Below are positions 26,250-38,025 of a DNA stretch of 64,000 nucleotides, piece after piece (position 1 is the first letter of the stretch; each line of letters begins with the position of its first letter). Both the position numbers and the translations under genes were made by a program. The DNA is from Felis catus (Eukaryota): NCBI RefSeq assembly GCF_018350175.1, contig NC_058386.1, positions 10,726,001 to 10,790,000 of the forward strand, read 5' to 3'. The notes beneath the pieces are model-generated. The model did not search any database and was not told where the DNA came from. It was given only the letters and a program-made list of their open reading frames with translations.

Positions 26250-26370
26250 GGGTTCAGGCCCCAGCTCTGCCATTGACCTGCTGTGTCACTGCGCGGCCGC
26301 CTCTTGACCTCTGAGGGCGTCTGTTTTCTCGTCTATTCAATGAGAAGAGTAGCGCTCTCTCGATGGGTTT
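26250..26370. mobile_element. MIR (CpG-rich)
   Basis: gggttcaggccccagctctgccattgacctgctgtgtc...ctctgagggcgtctgttttctcgtct. Confidence 0.6.
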
Positions 26371-27424
26371 GACGCACCGACCAACGGTGGCGGGGGGAAG
26401 CTGCAAACCCAAATGCCTTCGGGGGCTCCCAGGCAAACGCACGAGTCCAGCGACGCTGCCAGAACAGGCCGCAGTGGGCACTCTAGCTAAGAGGGGGATA
26501 AATCCCGCACCGCCCGTCTCCCACGTGGAAATCTTTTAACCTTTATCTTGGCCAAAACAACGCCGATCTGTGGGCTGCGTGGGGCCCTTGGGCAAGAGCG
26601 TGCATCCTACAAATTAGAGTCCTCGTTGCTGCAGGGACGAGACGGCACTCCTGTGGCCGTTTACTAAGCCGCATCGCTACGGACTCTTCCGAAACCCCCC
26701 TCCCCCCCCCAGGAGGTCCCTCGCTGCACTCCCCCCCCCCCCCCCCCCCCCCCGCGGTCAGGTGAAGTCAGACTGGGCTGTGGGAATGACTCTAAAACGT
26801 GAGTGGCTTTAAACACCAAAGGTTTACTTCTCGCTCACACGCCACGTCCCTAGGGGCACGACACGGCCAGGTAGACGGCTGGACGCTGACGGTCACATCC
26901 TCACCGCACAGCCTGATGGGCCTGGGGAGGGGAGCGGAAGCTCCTGCGCAGGCTCTTACCGGCTTCCGCGGGCGTCTCATTGGCTAGGGCTGGTCACGTG
27001 GCTTGGGGGTGCCTGAGGCGGGCCTGCAGCCACGTGCCTGCATTCCTTCCTCCGATTTCTTCTTCTCCCGGTCGGATAAAGATGTTCCTCATCGGGCCGC
27101 GTCCTTTAGTCACAGCTTTGCAAGCATGACGAGTGACATTCTTTGGAGGCTCCGGGACGTTTCGTCTTCCTCGTTGCCATGGCACTCCACGCCTGAGCTC
27201 CTCATGGCCAGAGCAGTGCCATAGTGGCCCGACTGTCCCTTCTCCGGCTCCTGCGACAACCAGAGCTCCTCACTTTGGGGTTAGTTCTTGGGCAGTTTTT
27301 TTCTGGTTTCCAGGATTTCTTTTTTTTAGAGCAGTTTTCGGTTTACAGTAACATCGAAAGTTACAGAGACTTCCCGTGTTCTGCCCCTCTTCCTCGTCAG
27401 TGCCACTCACTACAGTGGTACCTT

Positions 27425-27482
27425 TTTGTTTGTTTAGGTTTGCTTATTTTCCAAGAGACAGAGCACGCAAGGGGAGAGGGGC

Positions 27483-27520
<38 letters not shown>

Positions 27521-27659
27521 AGAGAGAGAGTCAGTCTCAAGCAGGCTCCACACTGAGCACAGAGCCCGACATGGGGCTCAATCCCAGAACCCTGGGATCA
27601 TGACCTGAGCCAAAATCAAGTGTCAGACACCCAAGCGAATGAACCACCCAGGTGCCCCC
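27425..27659 (-). mobile_element. CAN-SINE within L1MC
   Basis: Reverse SINE with (GA)n. Confidence 0.85.
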
Positions 27660-28295
27660 AGAGTGCCATATAGTTGGAATCACACAGTATGGACCTTTTC
27701 ACATTGTTTTCTTTCACTTAGTAATATACATTTAAGGTTCCTCCATGTCTTTTCATGGCTTCAACAATATTTTTTCAGCACCGAATAATATTCCCCTGCC
27801 TGGACGGACCCCGGTTTATGTATCCATTCACCTACTGGAGGCCATCTTGGGTGCTTCCGAGTTTTGACAATTATGAACACAGCTGCTATAAACATCCATG
27901 TACAGGCTTTTGTGTGGACGTAAGTTTTCAACTCCCTTGGGTACATACTGAGAAACATGATGATCGGATCAGACGGTAAGAGTATGTTTAATTTAGTAAG
28001 AAGCTGCCAAACTGTGCTTCAAGGTGGCTGGAGCGTTTTGCGTTCCCACCGGCCGTGTGGGGAAGTTCGTGTTGTTCCAAGTCCTTGCCAACATTTGGTG
28101 GTGTTGGTGTTCTGGCTTTTGGCCATTCTCTCAAAGATGTGTAGTGGTATCTCATTACTGTTTTAATTTGCATTTCCCGGGGGACATATGAGGTGGAGCA
28201 TCTCTTCACATGCTTACTTGCCATCTCTGTGGATCTTCCTACTTGAGGATTTTTGCATCTGTGCTCATGAACATATTGGCCTGTGGTATTCTTTT

Positions 28296-28504
28296 CTAAA
28301 AAAAATTTTTAACATTTATTTTTGAGTGAGAGAGAGAGACAGAGTGTGAGCAGGGGAGGGGCAGAGAGGGAGACACAGGATCCGAAACAGGCTCCGGGTC
28401 TGAGCCATCAGCATAGAGCCCAACGCAGGGCTCAAACTCACAAACCGTGAGATCATGACCTGAGCCCAAGTCGGACCTTCAACTGACTGAGACACCCAGG
28501 TGCC
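28296..28504 (-). mobile_element. CAN-SINE within L1 ORF2 relic
   Basis: Reverse SINE body. Confidence 0.9.
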
Positions 28505-29416
28505 TCTGTGGCTTTCTTTCCTTGTAGCGCCTTTGTCTAGTCTTGGTATTAGGGTAATGCTGGTCTCGTAGAATGAGTGAGGAAACATTCCCACTGCTTC
28601 TATCCTTTGAAAGAGACTGCAAAGACTTGGTATAATTTCTTTCTTAAATGTTTGGTAGAATACACCAGTGAACCTATCTGGGCCTGGTGCTTTCTGTTTT
28701 GGAAGATTATAATTACTGATCCAACTTCTTTAACAGATATAGCCTTGTTCAGATACTCTGTTTCTTCTTGTGTGAGTTTTGGAAGATGGTATCTTTTAAA
28801 GAATTGATCCACTGGGTCTAGATTATCAGATTTGCGGGCACAGAGTTGTTCAGGGTATTCCTTTATTATCTTTTCAGTTTCCATGGGATCTGTAGTGAAT
28901 ATCATTTCTGAGATTAGTAATTTGTGCTTCGCTTTTTCCTTGTTCCCATTTTAACCTCCTACTCTTTTTCTACCCTTTGTAGTTTTAACTAAGCATTTTA
29001 TAGGACTCCATTTCCTCTCCTTTCTTAGCATATCAGTTATGCTTTTTCTTTTTTTTACTTTTTTAGTGGTTTTCCTAGAGTCTGCAATTATACATTTACA
29101 ACAAATCCAAGTCTACTTTCAAATATATACCACACAATGTAGTATGAGTACCTTAAAATAACAAAATAATCCCAATTTCTCTTTTACCTCTTCTAATATT
29201 GCTGTCATTCATTTCACTTATACATAAGCATACATAGGCATATACACTCATAAGATATACACAAGTATAGGTAATTGAGTACATTGTTGCCATTATTATT
29301 TTGAGCAAACTGTGATCTGTTAGGTGAATTAAGGATAAGAACAGTAAGAAATAAATGTAAAAAATAAAGTAAAATAATCTTACACCATACACAAAAATCA
29401 ATTGAAAAATGTATTA

Positions 29417-30100
29417 GGGGCACCTGGGTGGCTCAGTTGGTTGAGCATCCAACTTCGGCTCAGGTCATGATCTCATGGTTCATGGGTTCTGGCCCCACAT
29501 CGGGCTCTGTGCTGACAGCTCAGAGCCTGGAGCCTGCTTAGGATTCTGTGTCTCCCTCTCTCTCTGTCCCTCCCTTGCTTGTGCTCTGTCTGCCTGTCTC
29601 TTTCAGAAATAAATAAACATTAAAAAAAAAAAAAAAACTGGGGCGCCTGGGTAGCTCAGTTTGTTAAGCGGCCGACTTCAGCTCAGGTCATGATCTCATG
29701 GTTTGTGGGTTCGAGCCCCGCATCGGGCTCAGTGCTGACAGCTCGGAGCCTGGAGCCTGCTTCAGATTCTGTGTCTCCCCCTCTCTCTGTCCCTCCCCCA
29801 CTTGTGCTCTGCCTCTGTCTCTCAAAACTGAATAAACATTAAAAAAAAATTAAAAACAAAAACAAAAAACAAAACTGGGTGCGCCTGGATGGCTAACTGG
29901 GTTAAGCGTCCGACTTCAGCTCAGGGCATGATCTCCTGGTCCGTGAGTTTGAGTCCATGTCAGGCTCTGTGCTGACAGCTCAGAGCCTGGAGCTGCTTCA
30001 GATTCTGTGTCTCCCTCTTTCTCTCTGCCCCTCCCTCGCTTGTGCTCTGTCTGCCTGTCTCTCTCAAAAATAAATAAATATTAAAAAAAGATTTTTTTTA
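29417..30100 (+). mobile_element. Three head-to-tail CAN-SINEs
   Basis: Heads at about 29417, 29640 and 29877, each followed by (CT)n and an A tail; the L1 sequence is continuous across the cluster. Confidence 0.92.
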
Positions 30101-30848
30101 AACATATTAAAGACTTGGATGTAAGACCTGAAACCACAAAACTCCTAAAAGAAAACATAAGAGGTAAAAGCCTCTTGATATCAGTCTTGGTGAGGATTTT
30201 TTAGATTTGACACCAAAAGCAAAGGCAACAAAAGTAAAATCAACAAATGTGACTACATAAAACAAAAAAAGTTGCTTACAGCAAAGGAAACCACCAATAA
30301 AATGAAAAGACAACCTACAGGATGAGAGAAAATATTTCCAAATCATATATCTGATAAAGGGTTAATAGCCAAAATACATAAGGGACTCCTGCAGCCCAAC
30401 AGAAGAAAACCTAATCTGATTAAAAATGAGAAGATCTGAAGAGACATTTTTCCAAAGAAGACAAACAAGTGGCCGACAGGCACATGAAAAAGCGCTCAAC
30501 GTCACTCATCATTGGGGAAATGCAAGTCAAAACCACAGTGAGAGAGCATCTCACATCTTTTAGAATGGCTTTTATCAAAAAAGTAAATAACACTTGTTGG
30601 TGAGGATGTGGAGAGAAAAGAACCCTTGTGGACTGTTGCTGGGAATGTAAACTGGTGCAGGCACTCTGGAAAACCGTGTGGCGGTTTCTCAAAAAATTAA
30701 AAACAGATTTATCATATAATCCAGCAATCCCGCTTTTGGGGATATAGCCAAAGGAAATGAAATTACTCTCTTGAAGAGATATCTGCACACTAATAATGTT
30801 CACTGCAGCATGATTTATGGTAGCCAGAACATAGAAACAACCTATGTG

Positions 30849-31027
30849 NNNNNNNNNNNNNNNNNNNNNNNNNNNNNNNNNNNNNNNNNNNNNNNNNNNN
30901 NNNNNNNNNNNNNNNNNNNNNNNNNNNNNNNNNNNNNNNNNNNNNNNNNNNNNNNNNNNNNNNNNNNNNNNNNNNNNNNNNNNNNNNNNNNNNNNNNNNN
31001 NNNNNNNNNNNNNNNNNNNNNNNNNNN
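30849..31027. other. Assembly gap
   Basis: N run. Confidence 1.
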
Positions 31028-31495
31028 CCCTATAAACTCATAGATACAGAAAACAGATTGGCGACTGCCAAGAAGCAGGGGGTGGGGGGATGGGTGAAGG
31101 GTGAAATGGGTCAAAAGGTACAAACTTTAAGTAATCTCTACACCCAACATGGGGCTTGAAGTCATGACCCCAAGATCAAGAGTCGCACGCTCTGCTGAGC
31201 CAGCCAGGCACCCCTGAGAATAAACCTGGAAAGTTCTCATCACTAGAAAAAAAATTTGTTAATATGTGTGGTGATGAATGTGAGACTAAACTTACTATGG
31301 TGATCATTTTGCCATATACACACACACATATATATATAATTATGCTGTATGCCTAAAACGAATGCAATGTTATATGTCAATTGTATCTCAATAAAAATTT
31401 TAACTTAAAAAAAAGTACAAGTAAAACCAAAAAGTAAGACCTTTGTTGGAATTTAGATTCCAAAAGACGTAGCTGGATAGGTTAAAAAGCTATAC

Positions 31496-31572
31496 TGTTG
31501 AATCATATATTATACACCTGAAACTAACATGACACTGTATGTTAACTACACTGGAGTTAAACGAAATAAAAG
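31496..31572 (+). mobile_element. Tiny carnivore L1 3'-end insertion
   Basis: tgttgaatca...tacacctgaaactaac...tgttaactacactgg motif, flanked by atactgtt repeats. Confidence 0.65.
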
Positions 31573-32243
31573 GACATACTGTTAAATGACGGGTTTTATT
31601 TTCTGCTTTATAGTTGGGCCAAGTTTTCAAAGGATCCCATTTGCGAATTGTTTCTCAGCCCATGATTAGGCCTCATCCTCTTTGGCCTAAATGTCTCACG
31701 TGTGACTTAGCACACGGTATCACTTATCCATTCCCGTTTGGGTGGTTTGGTGGGATGTAATGTATCCACAGTGTTTCCCAAAGAACCTGACTTCTAACTT
31801 GGCAAAAGTGAATGTACTCAGACATTCTGAATTTTGCCTCGGGGCAGACCAACTTTGAAGTCGCTCTTCGACTAATATATACAAATATTTTAAAGCAAGA
31901 GTGGGAATGTGAAGCATAACCTACTTCTCTTTCCTATAGAGATTCTATTGTATTTAAAATCTATTTTTACACCAGCTGGCATCCTGCTTTTTGGCCAAGT
32001 ACTCGTCCTGCACATCCGACCTTGCGGAGGCCGGGACAGATCGCAGCATACTAGTGAAGAGAATTCCAAGTAGCTTGCAAAGCTTGCTCGCTCCTCATTT
32101 TCCCATGATCACCTCCATCAAGCAGCCCCACCACCAGCTGGGAGAACAGAGATTTTCAGGACAGGTGGGAGGCTGTGCCCAGAGGAATGAGCGAATAGGA
32201 AATGTTTCTGAGCTACTTGAGTGTTTTAAAAAAAAATGTTCCA

Positions 32244-32468
32244 GGGGCGCCCGGGTGGCTCAGTCCGTTAAGCATTTGACTTAAGCTCAGGTCATGATCT
32301 CGCCATTCATGAGTTCGAGCCCTTCCACCCCCCCTGTCGGGCTCTGTGCTGACAGCCCAGAGCCTGGAACCTGCTTCGGATTCCGTGTCTCCCTCTCTCT
32401 CTGCTCCTCCCCCACTCATGCTCTGTCTCTCTTTCTCAAAAATGAAAAATGTTAAAAAATTTTTTTAA
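32244..32468 (+). mobile_element. CAN-SINE
   Basis: TSD aaatgttccag / aaagttccag. Confidence 0.9.
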
Positions 32469-32686
32469 AAGTTCCAGAATAAACAATCTTATCAAGATAT
32501 GTAAAGAAAACGTTTAAAAACAACAACAAATTGCCAGTCACGTTTGAATTTGACACTAATACGTAAGATAGAAGCTGTCAGTGTTTTGTTCAAGAAGGAA
32601 ATAAACCACTTAACATATCCATACTATCTTAAATAATGACATTGCATTAAAATAACCAAACCTTAGTTAAAAGAATTAAATAGTTT

Positions 32687-32790
32687 GGGGCACCTGGCTG
32701 GCTCAGCGGGTAGAGGACATGGCTTTTGATCTTAGGTCATGAGTTGGAGCTTCATGTTGGGAGTAGAGATTATAAATAAATAAACAAATA
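32687..32790 (+). mobile_element. Short CAN-SINE
   Basis: ggggcacctggctggctcag head; flanking repeat aaataaccaaac(c/t)tt. Confidence 0.8.
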
Positions 32791-32967
32791 AATAACCAAA
32801 CTTTGAAGTGAACAAAAATACAAAAAATGTTTTTATTTTACCTCGACTGATTTCTCCTTTGATGCTCTTCCTTTCCCTGTGTGAGTCCAAGTTTCTGACT
32901 TGTATCATTTTCCTTCTGCCCGAACTCGTTAGCATTTCCTGCAAGGCAACAAATTTCCTCAATTTTT

Positions 32968-33180
32968 AGAAAAATTATTTTTTAATGTTTATTTATGAGA
33001 GAGAGAAAAACAGAGAGTGAACGGGGGAGGGGCAGAGAGAGAGGGAGACAGAATCCGAAGCAGGCTCCAGGCTCCAAGCTGTCTGCACAGAGCCCAACGC
33101 GGGGCTCAAACCCACGAACTGTGAGGTCATGACCAGAGCTGAAGTCAGATGCTTAACCGACTGAGCCACTCAGGCGCCCC
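32968..33180 (-). mobile_element. CAN-SINE
   Basis: TSD aaatttcctcaatttt / aaattccctcaacttt. Confidence 0.9.
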
Positions 33181-33746
33181 AAATTCCCTCAACTTTTATT
33201 TGAGAAAGTCTCTATTTCTCCTTCATGCTTGAAAGATAACTTCACCAACTACAGAATTCTAAGTTGGTGGGATTTTCCTCTCAACGCTTTAAATATTTCA
33301 TTCTACTCTCCTTGCTTGCCTGCTGAGAAGCTGGATATAATTCTTATCTTTGTTCCTCTATAGGTAAGGTGTTTTCTTCCTCTGACTTCTTTCTGGAATT
33401 TTCTATCTTTGATTTTCTGTCATTTGAAAATGATCTGCCAAGGTGTGGTTTTGTTTTGTTTTTGGCATTTATCCTGCTTGGTGTTCTGTGAGCTTTCTGG
33501 GTCTGAGGTTTGGGGTCTGACATTGATTAATTTGGCGTCTGACACAAAAATGATGGAAATTCTCTACCATTATTGTTGCCAATCTCTCTCCTGTTCCTTT
33601 CTTTCTTCTCCTTCTGGTATTCCCATGTGTATCTAACACGTTTTGAAGTTAGTTGTTCCCCAGTTCTTGGATATTACGTTCTGGGTTGTTCTTTTCTTTT
33701 TTCCCCCCAGTCTTTGTTCTCTGCTTTTTGGTGTTCAAGGAGTCTA

Positions 33747-33794
33747 TTTTTTTAAAGTTTATTATTTTGAAAGAGAGAGAGAGGGGGCACAAGT

Positions 33795-33833
<39 letters not shown>

Positions 33834-33948
33834 GCAGGCCCTGCACTGTCAGCACAGAGCCCGACGTGGGGCTTGAACTCCCGAACTGTGAGATCATGAC
33901 CTGAGCAGTAGGTCAGAGGCTCACCTGATTGAGCCAGCCAGGCGCCCC
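33747..33948 (-). mobile_element. CAN-SINE
   Basis: Reverse SINE with (GA)n. Confidence 0.88.
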
Positions 33949-35042
33949 TCAAGTGCGCCTGTTGATACATCCTCCAGCTCAGAGATGGTCTTCCTCAGCT
34001 GTGTCCAGTCTACTAATAAACCCACTAAAGCCACGCTTCATCTGTGTTCCGGTGTTTTTGATCGCTAGCATTTCCTCGTGGTTCTTTTTCAGGATTTTCC
34101 CCTGCTGACGTTGCCCATCTGTTCCTGCGTGCTGTCTCTCCATCAGAGCCTGTGCATACGAACCACAGCTGTCTTGAATTCCTGGTCTGACAATTCCACC
34201 ACTCCTGCTACGTCTGGTTTGGGTGGTTGCTTTAGCTCTGCAAATCGTCCTTTCTGTCCTTTGCCACGCCTGGTCCTTTGTTCCTGATAGCTGGACATGG
34301 TGTGCCAGGTAAAAGGAACCGCCGTAAACGGGCCTTTGGGGGATGCGCTGGCGAGGACAGGGGGGCGGGGCTAGGAGGGCTGCAGTGAGGTTCTGAAAAT
34401 ACCCCGGCAGGGTAAGCTCTGGTTAACTAGCTTCCCCTGCGGGCAGGCAGGCCCTGCTGCAGAAAAACAGCCTTGGCTGAGCTCAAAAATGCTTCCTTTC
34501 CGCCTCTCCCTGCCGGAAACCTGATTTTCTGCCACACGTCCTCTGGGAAATCTGCTCAAGCTCCTGGAGGTAAATCTCGTGACCAATGTCTGGCCCTCGC
34601 CCCCGGAGCTGTCCACACTAGGCCTCCAGCAGTCCGTGTCCTCCCATCCCGACACGGGTTCTCACGGACGCTTCCTTCCGCCTGGGGGGGGTTTCTGCCC
34701 GTGGAAAAGCCACCACCCGTGTTCACCTGCCTCCCCACCCCCCACCCCTCCCCTTTCTTACGGAGCCTAGAAGACACGTTGAAAATTTCAGTCTGTTCAG
34801 CTTTTTACTTGTTTTTAGGATACGCTGGTGACTCCCAAGCTCCTTACGTGGGGAACCGGGCTCTGCCAGTTTTAAGTCTCCACAAACCAGCGAATGAAAG
34901 GTTTACACTCACATCATTTACAAGTCCATTAACGCCACAAGACTGACTCAAACAAGCAGCAGTCCCCGCCACCTTTGTTGCACACCCGATTCCTCTCCCC
35001 AGAGGCCAGCAGGTGGTTAGAGGTGCTCTGGAGGAGATAAAG

Positions 35043-35044
<2 letters not shown>

Positions 35045-35080
<36 letters not shown>
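35045..35080. repeat. (GA)18 microsatellite
   Basis: Direct reading. Confidence 0.98.
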
Positions 35081-35084
<4 letters not shown>

Positions 35085-35229
35085 GAGCGCCTCCCTGATG
35101 GAGGGGCTGAGGTTTTCAAGATAGAGAAGGCGACATGTGGATCAAGGAGGGAGGGAGTGATTTATGTGGGTACATAGAGGGCAAGCTGTCCGGACAAGGA
35201 AATGAACACACAATCCTGGGGGCAGGAGG

Positions 35230-35366
35230 GATACCCCAGGGGGCCTTGTTGCATCGCAGATTCTGATTCAGTGGGGGGGGGGGGAGGACTCCAGACGGCT
35301 TTTCCAGTGGGTTCCCAGTAGGTGCTGATGCCGCTGACCCAAGGAGGCACACTTTGAGTAGCAAGC
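35230..35366. mobile_element. MER5A-like MITE
   Basis: gcagattctgattcagt...ggtgctgatgccgctg...cacactttgagtagcaag. Confidence 0.75.
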
Positions 35367-36187
35367 TTCTAGAAAGAGGAGCTCGGTGGGGCCAGAGCAA
35401 AAAGAGAGAGGGGCAAGGAGACTGAACCGGGGTCAGAAGGTGAATAGGGGACCAGACCTGGCGGTGCAGTGAGGGCCGCTGGAGGAGGGGCAGAGCTGTC
35501 GCCCGGAATGACATGAAGCAGAGAAAAGCATCTTGGACGCATCTGCGTCGGGGCCTTGCTGAGAAGAGCTCGCAGGGGGCGGAGGCGGGTAGGAAGCCGC
35601 CGAGTGAATCCAGATGAGAGAGGGCGGTCCTTCCGACTCAGCGGCCGCGGGACTGGGGGTGGGGGGCGGTGGCGCCCCCCGGATCCGTGATGGATTGGCA
35701 GGGGGAGCGACAGGGGGCTGCGGGCAGGTTGCCGGCTCTGCCCCATCCGTCCTCTCCCTGCAGACCCCCCGCCGCCCCGGCCAAGCCCCGTTGGTCCTCA
35801 TTGCTGTCACTGCCTGCGAGCAGGTGGTGTTCCTGAGAGATGCTCCGACCCAGCTGGGCCTTTGCAAAGACCTCGCAAAGGTTGCCTGCGGCGTCCCCAG
35901 CCGGGCGGGAAGAGCCTCCGGAAACTGGCCCTTTCCCCCCGCTTCTGGGCCACCACTCCCCTCCACGAAGCCTCACTCGGGCCCAGGTCCCGGCGACCTT
36001 CTCCCCACACTTGCTAGGGAGCAGGGAGAGCCGTGGGGTGTTCGCCAATCCGGCCGGCTGCCCTGACACCAACCCGGGTGTCTCCCGTTCAAACACCTGC
36101 ATCCGCTGTCTTATAGGTACTTAAGCAAATCACTGGAAACTTCCCTTCACTGATCCGCTACTGTCGTACCACATGGCTCCCCTCCGT

Positions 36188-36580
36188 GCCACTCAAGGTG
36201 GAGTCCGTGGCCCAGTGGCATCAACATCACCTGGGGGCTTGATAGAAATGCAAGTTCCTGGGCCTCACCCCAGACTGCTGAATCGGAATCCGGCGGTAGG
36301 GCCCAGGAACCCCGTGTTCTAGGGGGCTCCCCAGGTGATTCTTGTTGAAGTCTGAGAGGTAGGGAATAACACCAAACCTCAAACTGAACATCAGTAGGTC
36401 CCGGTGCCATGTTTGAGAAAGCGGGTCTAGCCCAGTGGGCTCAACCCTGGCTGTACATCAGGATCATCTGCAGAGCTTTCAAAAAAAGATACCCGTGCCT
36501 GGGCCTCCACGGCCAGCAGTTCTGATGTACTTGGCAGGAGCAGGGCCCAAGGGAGTCTAACTTGCAGCCGGGTCTGGGAA
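36188..36580. mobile_element. Two MER5-like MITEs
   Basis: catcacctgggggcttgatagaaatgcaag...ccccagactgctgaatc, and cagtgggctcaaccctggctgtacatcaggatcatctg. Confidence 0.75.
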
Positions 36581-37739
36581 TCTTGGGAGCTTGGCAGATG
36601 GCCCTACATTCTGTTTCCCACACCCAGCTGCATTTCCTGTCCCTCGCTGGTCACTCTACCTGAGGGGTGTCCCCGCCATCTCCATATTGCCAAATCTACC
36701 CATTCAAGGAACAGACCGAGTCCAAATCAAGCTGCTGCTCAAACTGGTCTCTGATTCTCTTTCGGTTTCCTGAAGCCACATGGGCACCTGTAGCCAAATA
36801 AGACTCCTGCGTTGCTCTCTTTGTTAAAATGAGGCCTCGTTCAGCGAACTAGTGGTTCTCAAAGTGTGTCCTATGGCATATTCGTGTTCCGGCAGACACG
36901 AATGCCCATTTTGTGCAACAACTGGTCTTTGGTCAACACATAAAACTTGGGAAATATTACGCACCAGATGATTTCTGCACCTCACTCTTTGGGTTTTCCT
37001 CCCATCCCCACACTATCCTTTCTCAGTCTTCTTTGTTTGTTACATTTTCTTCCATGCAGTTGAAATTCACAGAACACAAAAGCAGCCATCTTGAAGTGAA
37101 CGATTCTGTGGCATTTAGCACATTCACGGCACTGGGCCACCACCACCTCCATCTAGTTCCAGAACTACATTTTCATCGCCTCAAAAGTGGTCACTCCCCA
37201 TTTCTACCCAACCCCCAGCCATTAGGCATGTTACTTCTTTTTACTTTGAATCGATTTGCCCATCAGAAAATTGAGGATCACGCTTCATTAGGTTGTTAGA
37301 AGAAACAAGGCAGGTAATTTGTGTAATTGGCCCAGCACTACGTATGCTGGGCACCTGACAAAGGTCGGATCCTCACTTGGCTTTCCCTTCAGTCCTGTCA
37401 TACTCGTGTTCAAGAGGTCAGATTTCATGGCACTTTGGCTTTGTAAATGCCTCCTTTAGAAAAATAAAAATATATCTTCCCCCTTTGGAAGGTGATGCAA
37501 GGGTAACTGGTATAAATACGATCACCAAAAATCAATATTACGTTTCTATTTTTATTTTAAAGTTTTTTTTGGAATTATTTGAGATTATAGAAAGGTTGTA
37601 AAGATCACAGAGATCCTGTACTTCTTCACCCAGTTTCCCATATTAACATTTTACACAACCGTGGCAGAAGTTGACATTTGTCAAGACTAAGAAATTAATA
37701 TTGACACATTCCTGTTAAATAAATAAAACTATAGACTTC

Positions 37740-37890
37740 GGGGCACCTGGGTGGCTCAGTCGGTTGATCATCTGACTCAGTTTCGGCTCAGCTCATGATC
37801 TCGTGGTCCGTGAGTTCGAGTCCCACGTCGGGCTCCGTGCTGACAGCTAAGAGCCTGGAGGCTGCTTCAGTTTCTGTGTCTCCCTCTCTC
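37740..37890 (+). mobile_element. CAN-SINE truncated by a gap
   Basis: Head and body run into the N gap. Confidence 0.88.
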
Positions 37891-38025
37891 NNNNNNNNNN
37901 NNNNNNNNNNNNNNNNNNNNNNNNNNNNNNNNNNNNNNNNNNNNNNNNNNNNNNNNNNNNNNNNNNNNNNNNNNNNNNNNNNNNNNNNNNNNNNNNNNNN
38001 NNNNNNNNNNNNNNNNNNNNNNNNN
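37891..38025. other. Assembly gap
   Basis: N run. Confidence 1.

Larger units (their letters stand above)
29356..31415 (+). mobile_element. 5'-truncated L1 (L1MA/carnivore-type) ORF2 end, 3'UTR and poly-A
   Basis: cttacaccatacacaaaaatc...aagacctgaaaccacaaaactcc...ccagcaatcccgcttttgggg...gtcaattgtatctcaataaaa followed by an A tail. Confidence 0.88.
27318..34862 (-). mobile_element. Internally deleted L1MC-like element with both ends, interrupted at about 29355-32827
   Basis: 3' end (ttttagagcagtttt...) at 27.3 kb. ORF2 relic (TTDPMETEKIIKEYPEQL...LPKLTQEE; PHSFYETSITLIP) at 28.5-28.9 kb. ORF1-like sequence at 32.8-34.2 kb. L1MC-type 5' end (cagctttttacttgtttttagga...ccaagctccttac) at 34.8 kb. 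Confidence 0.75.

Noticed and set aside
28500-28905. Reverse-transcriptase-related peptide
   Set aside because: Frameshifted fragment of ancient L1 ORF2; not functional.
35116-36124. Overlapping 125-177 aa ORFs on both strands
   Set aside because: Stop-poor GC-rich DNA with no recognisable homology or exon structure.
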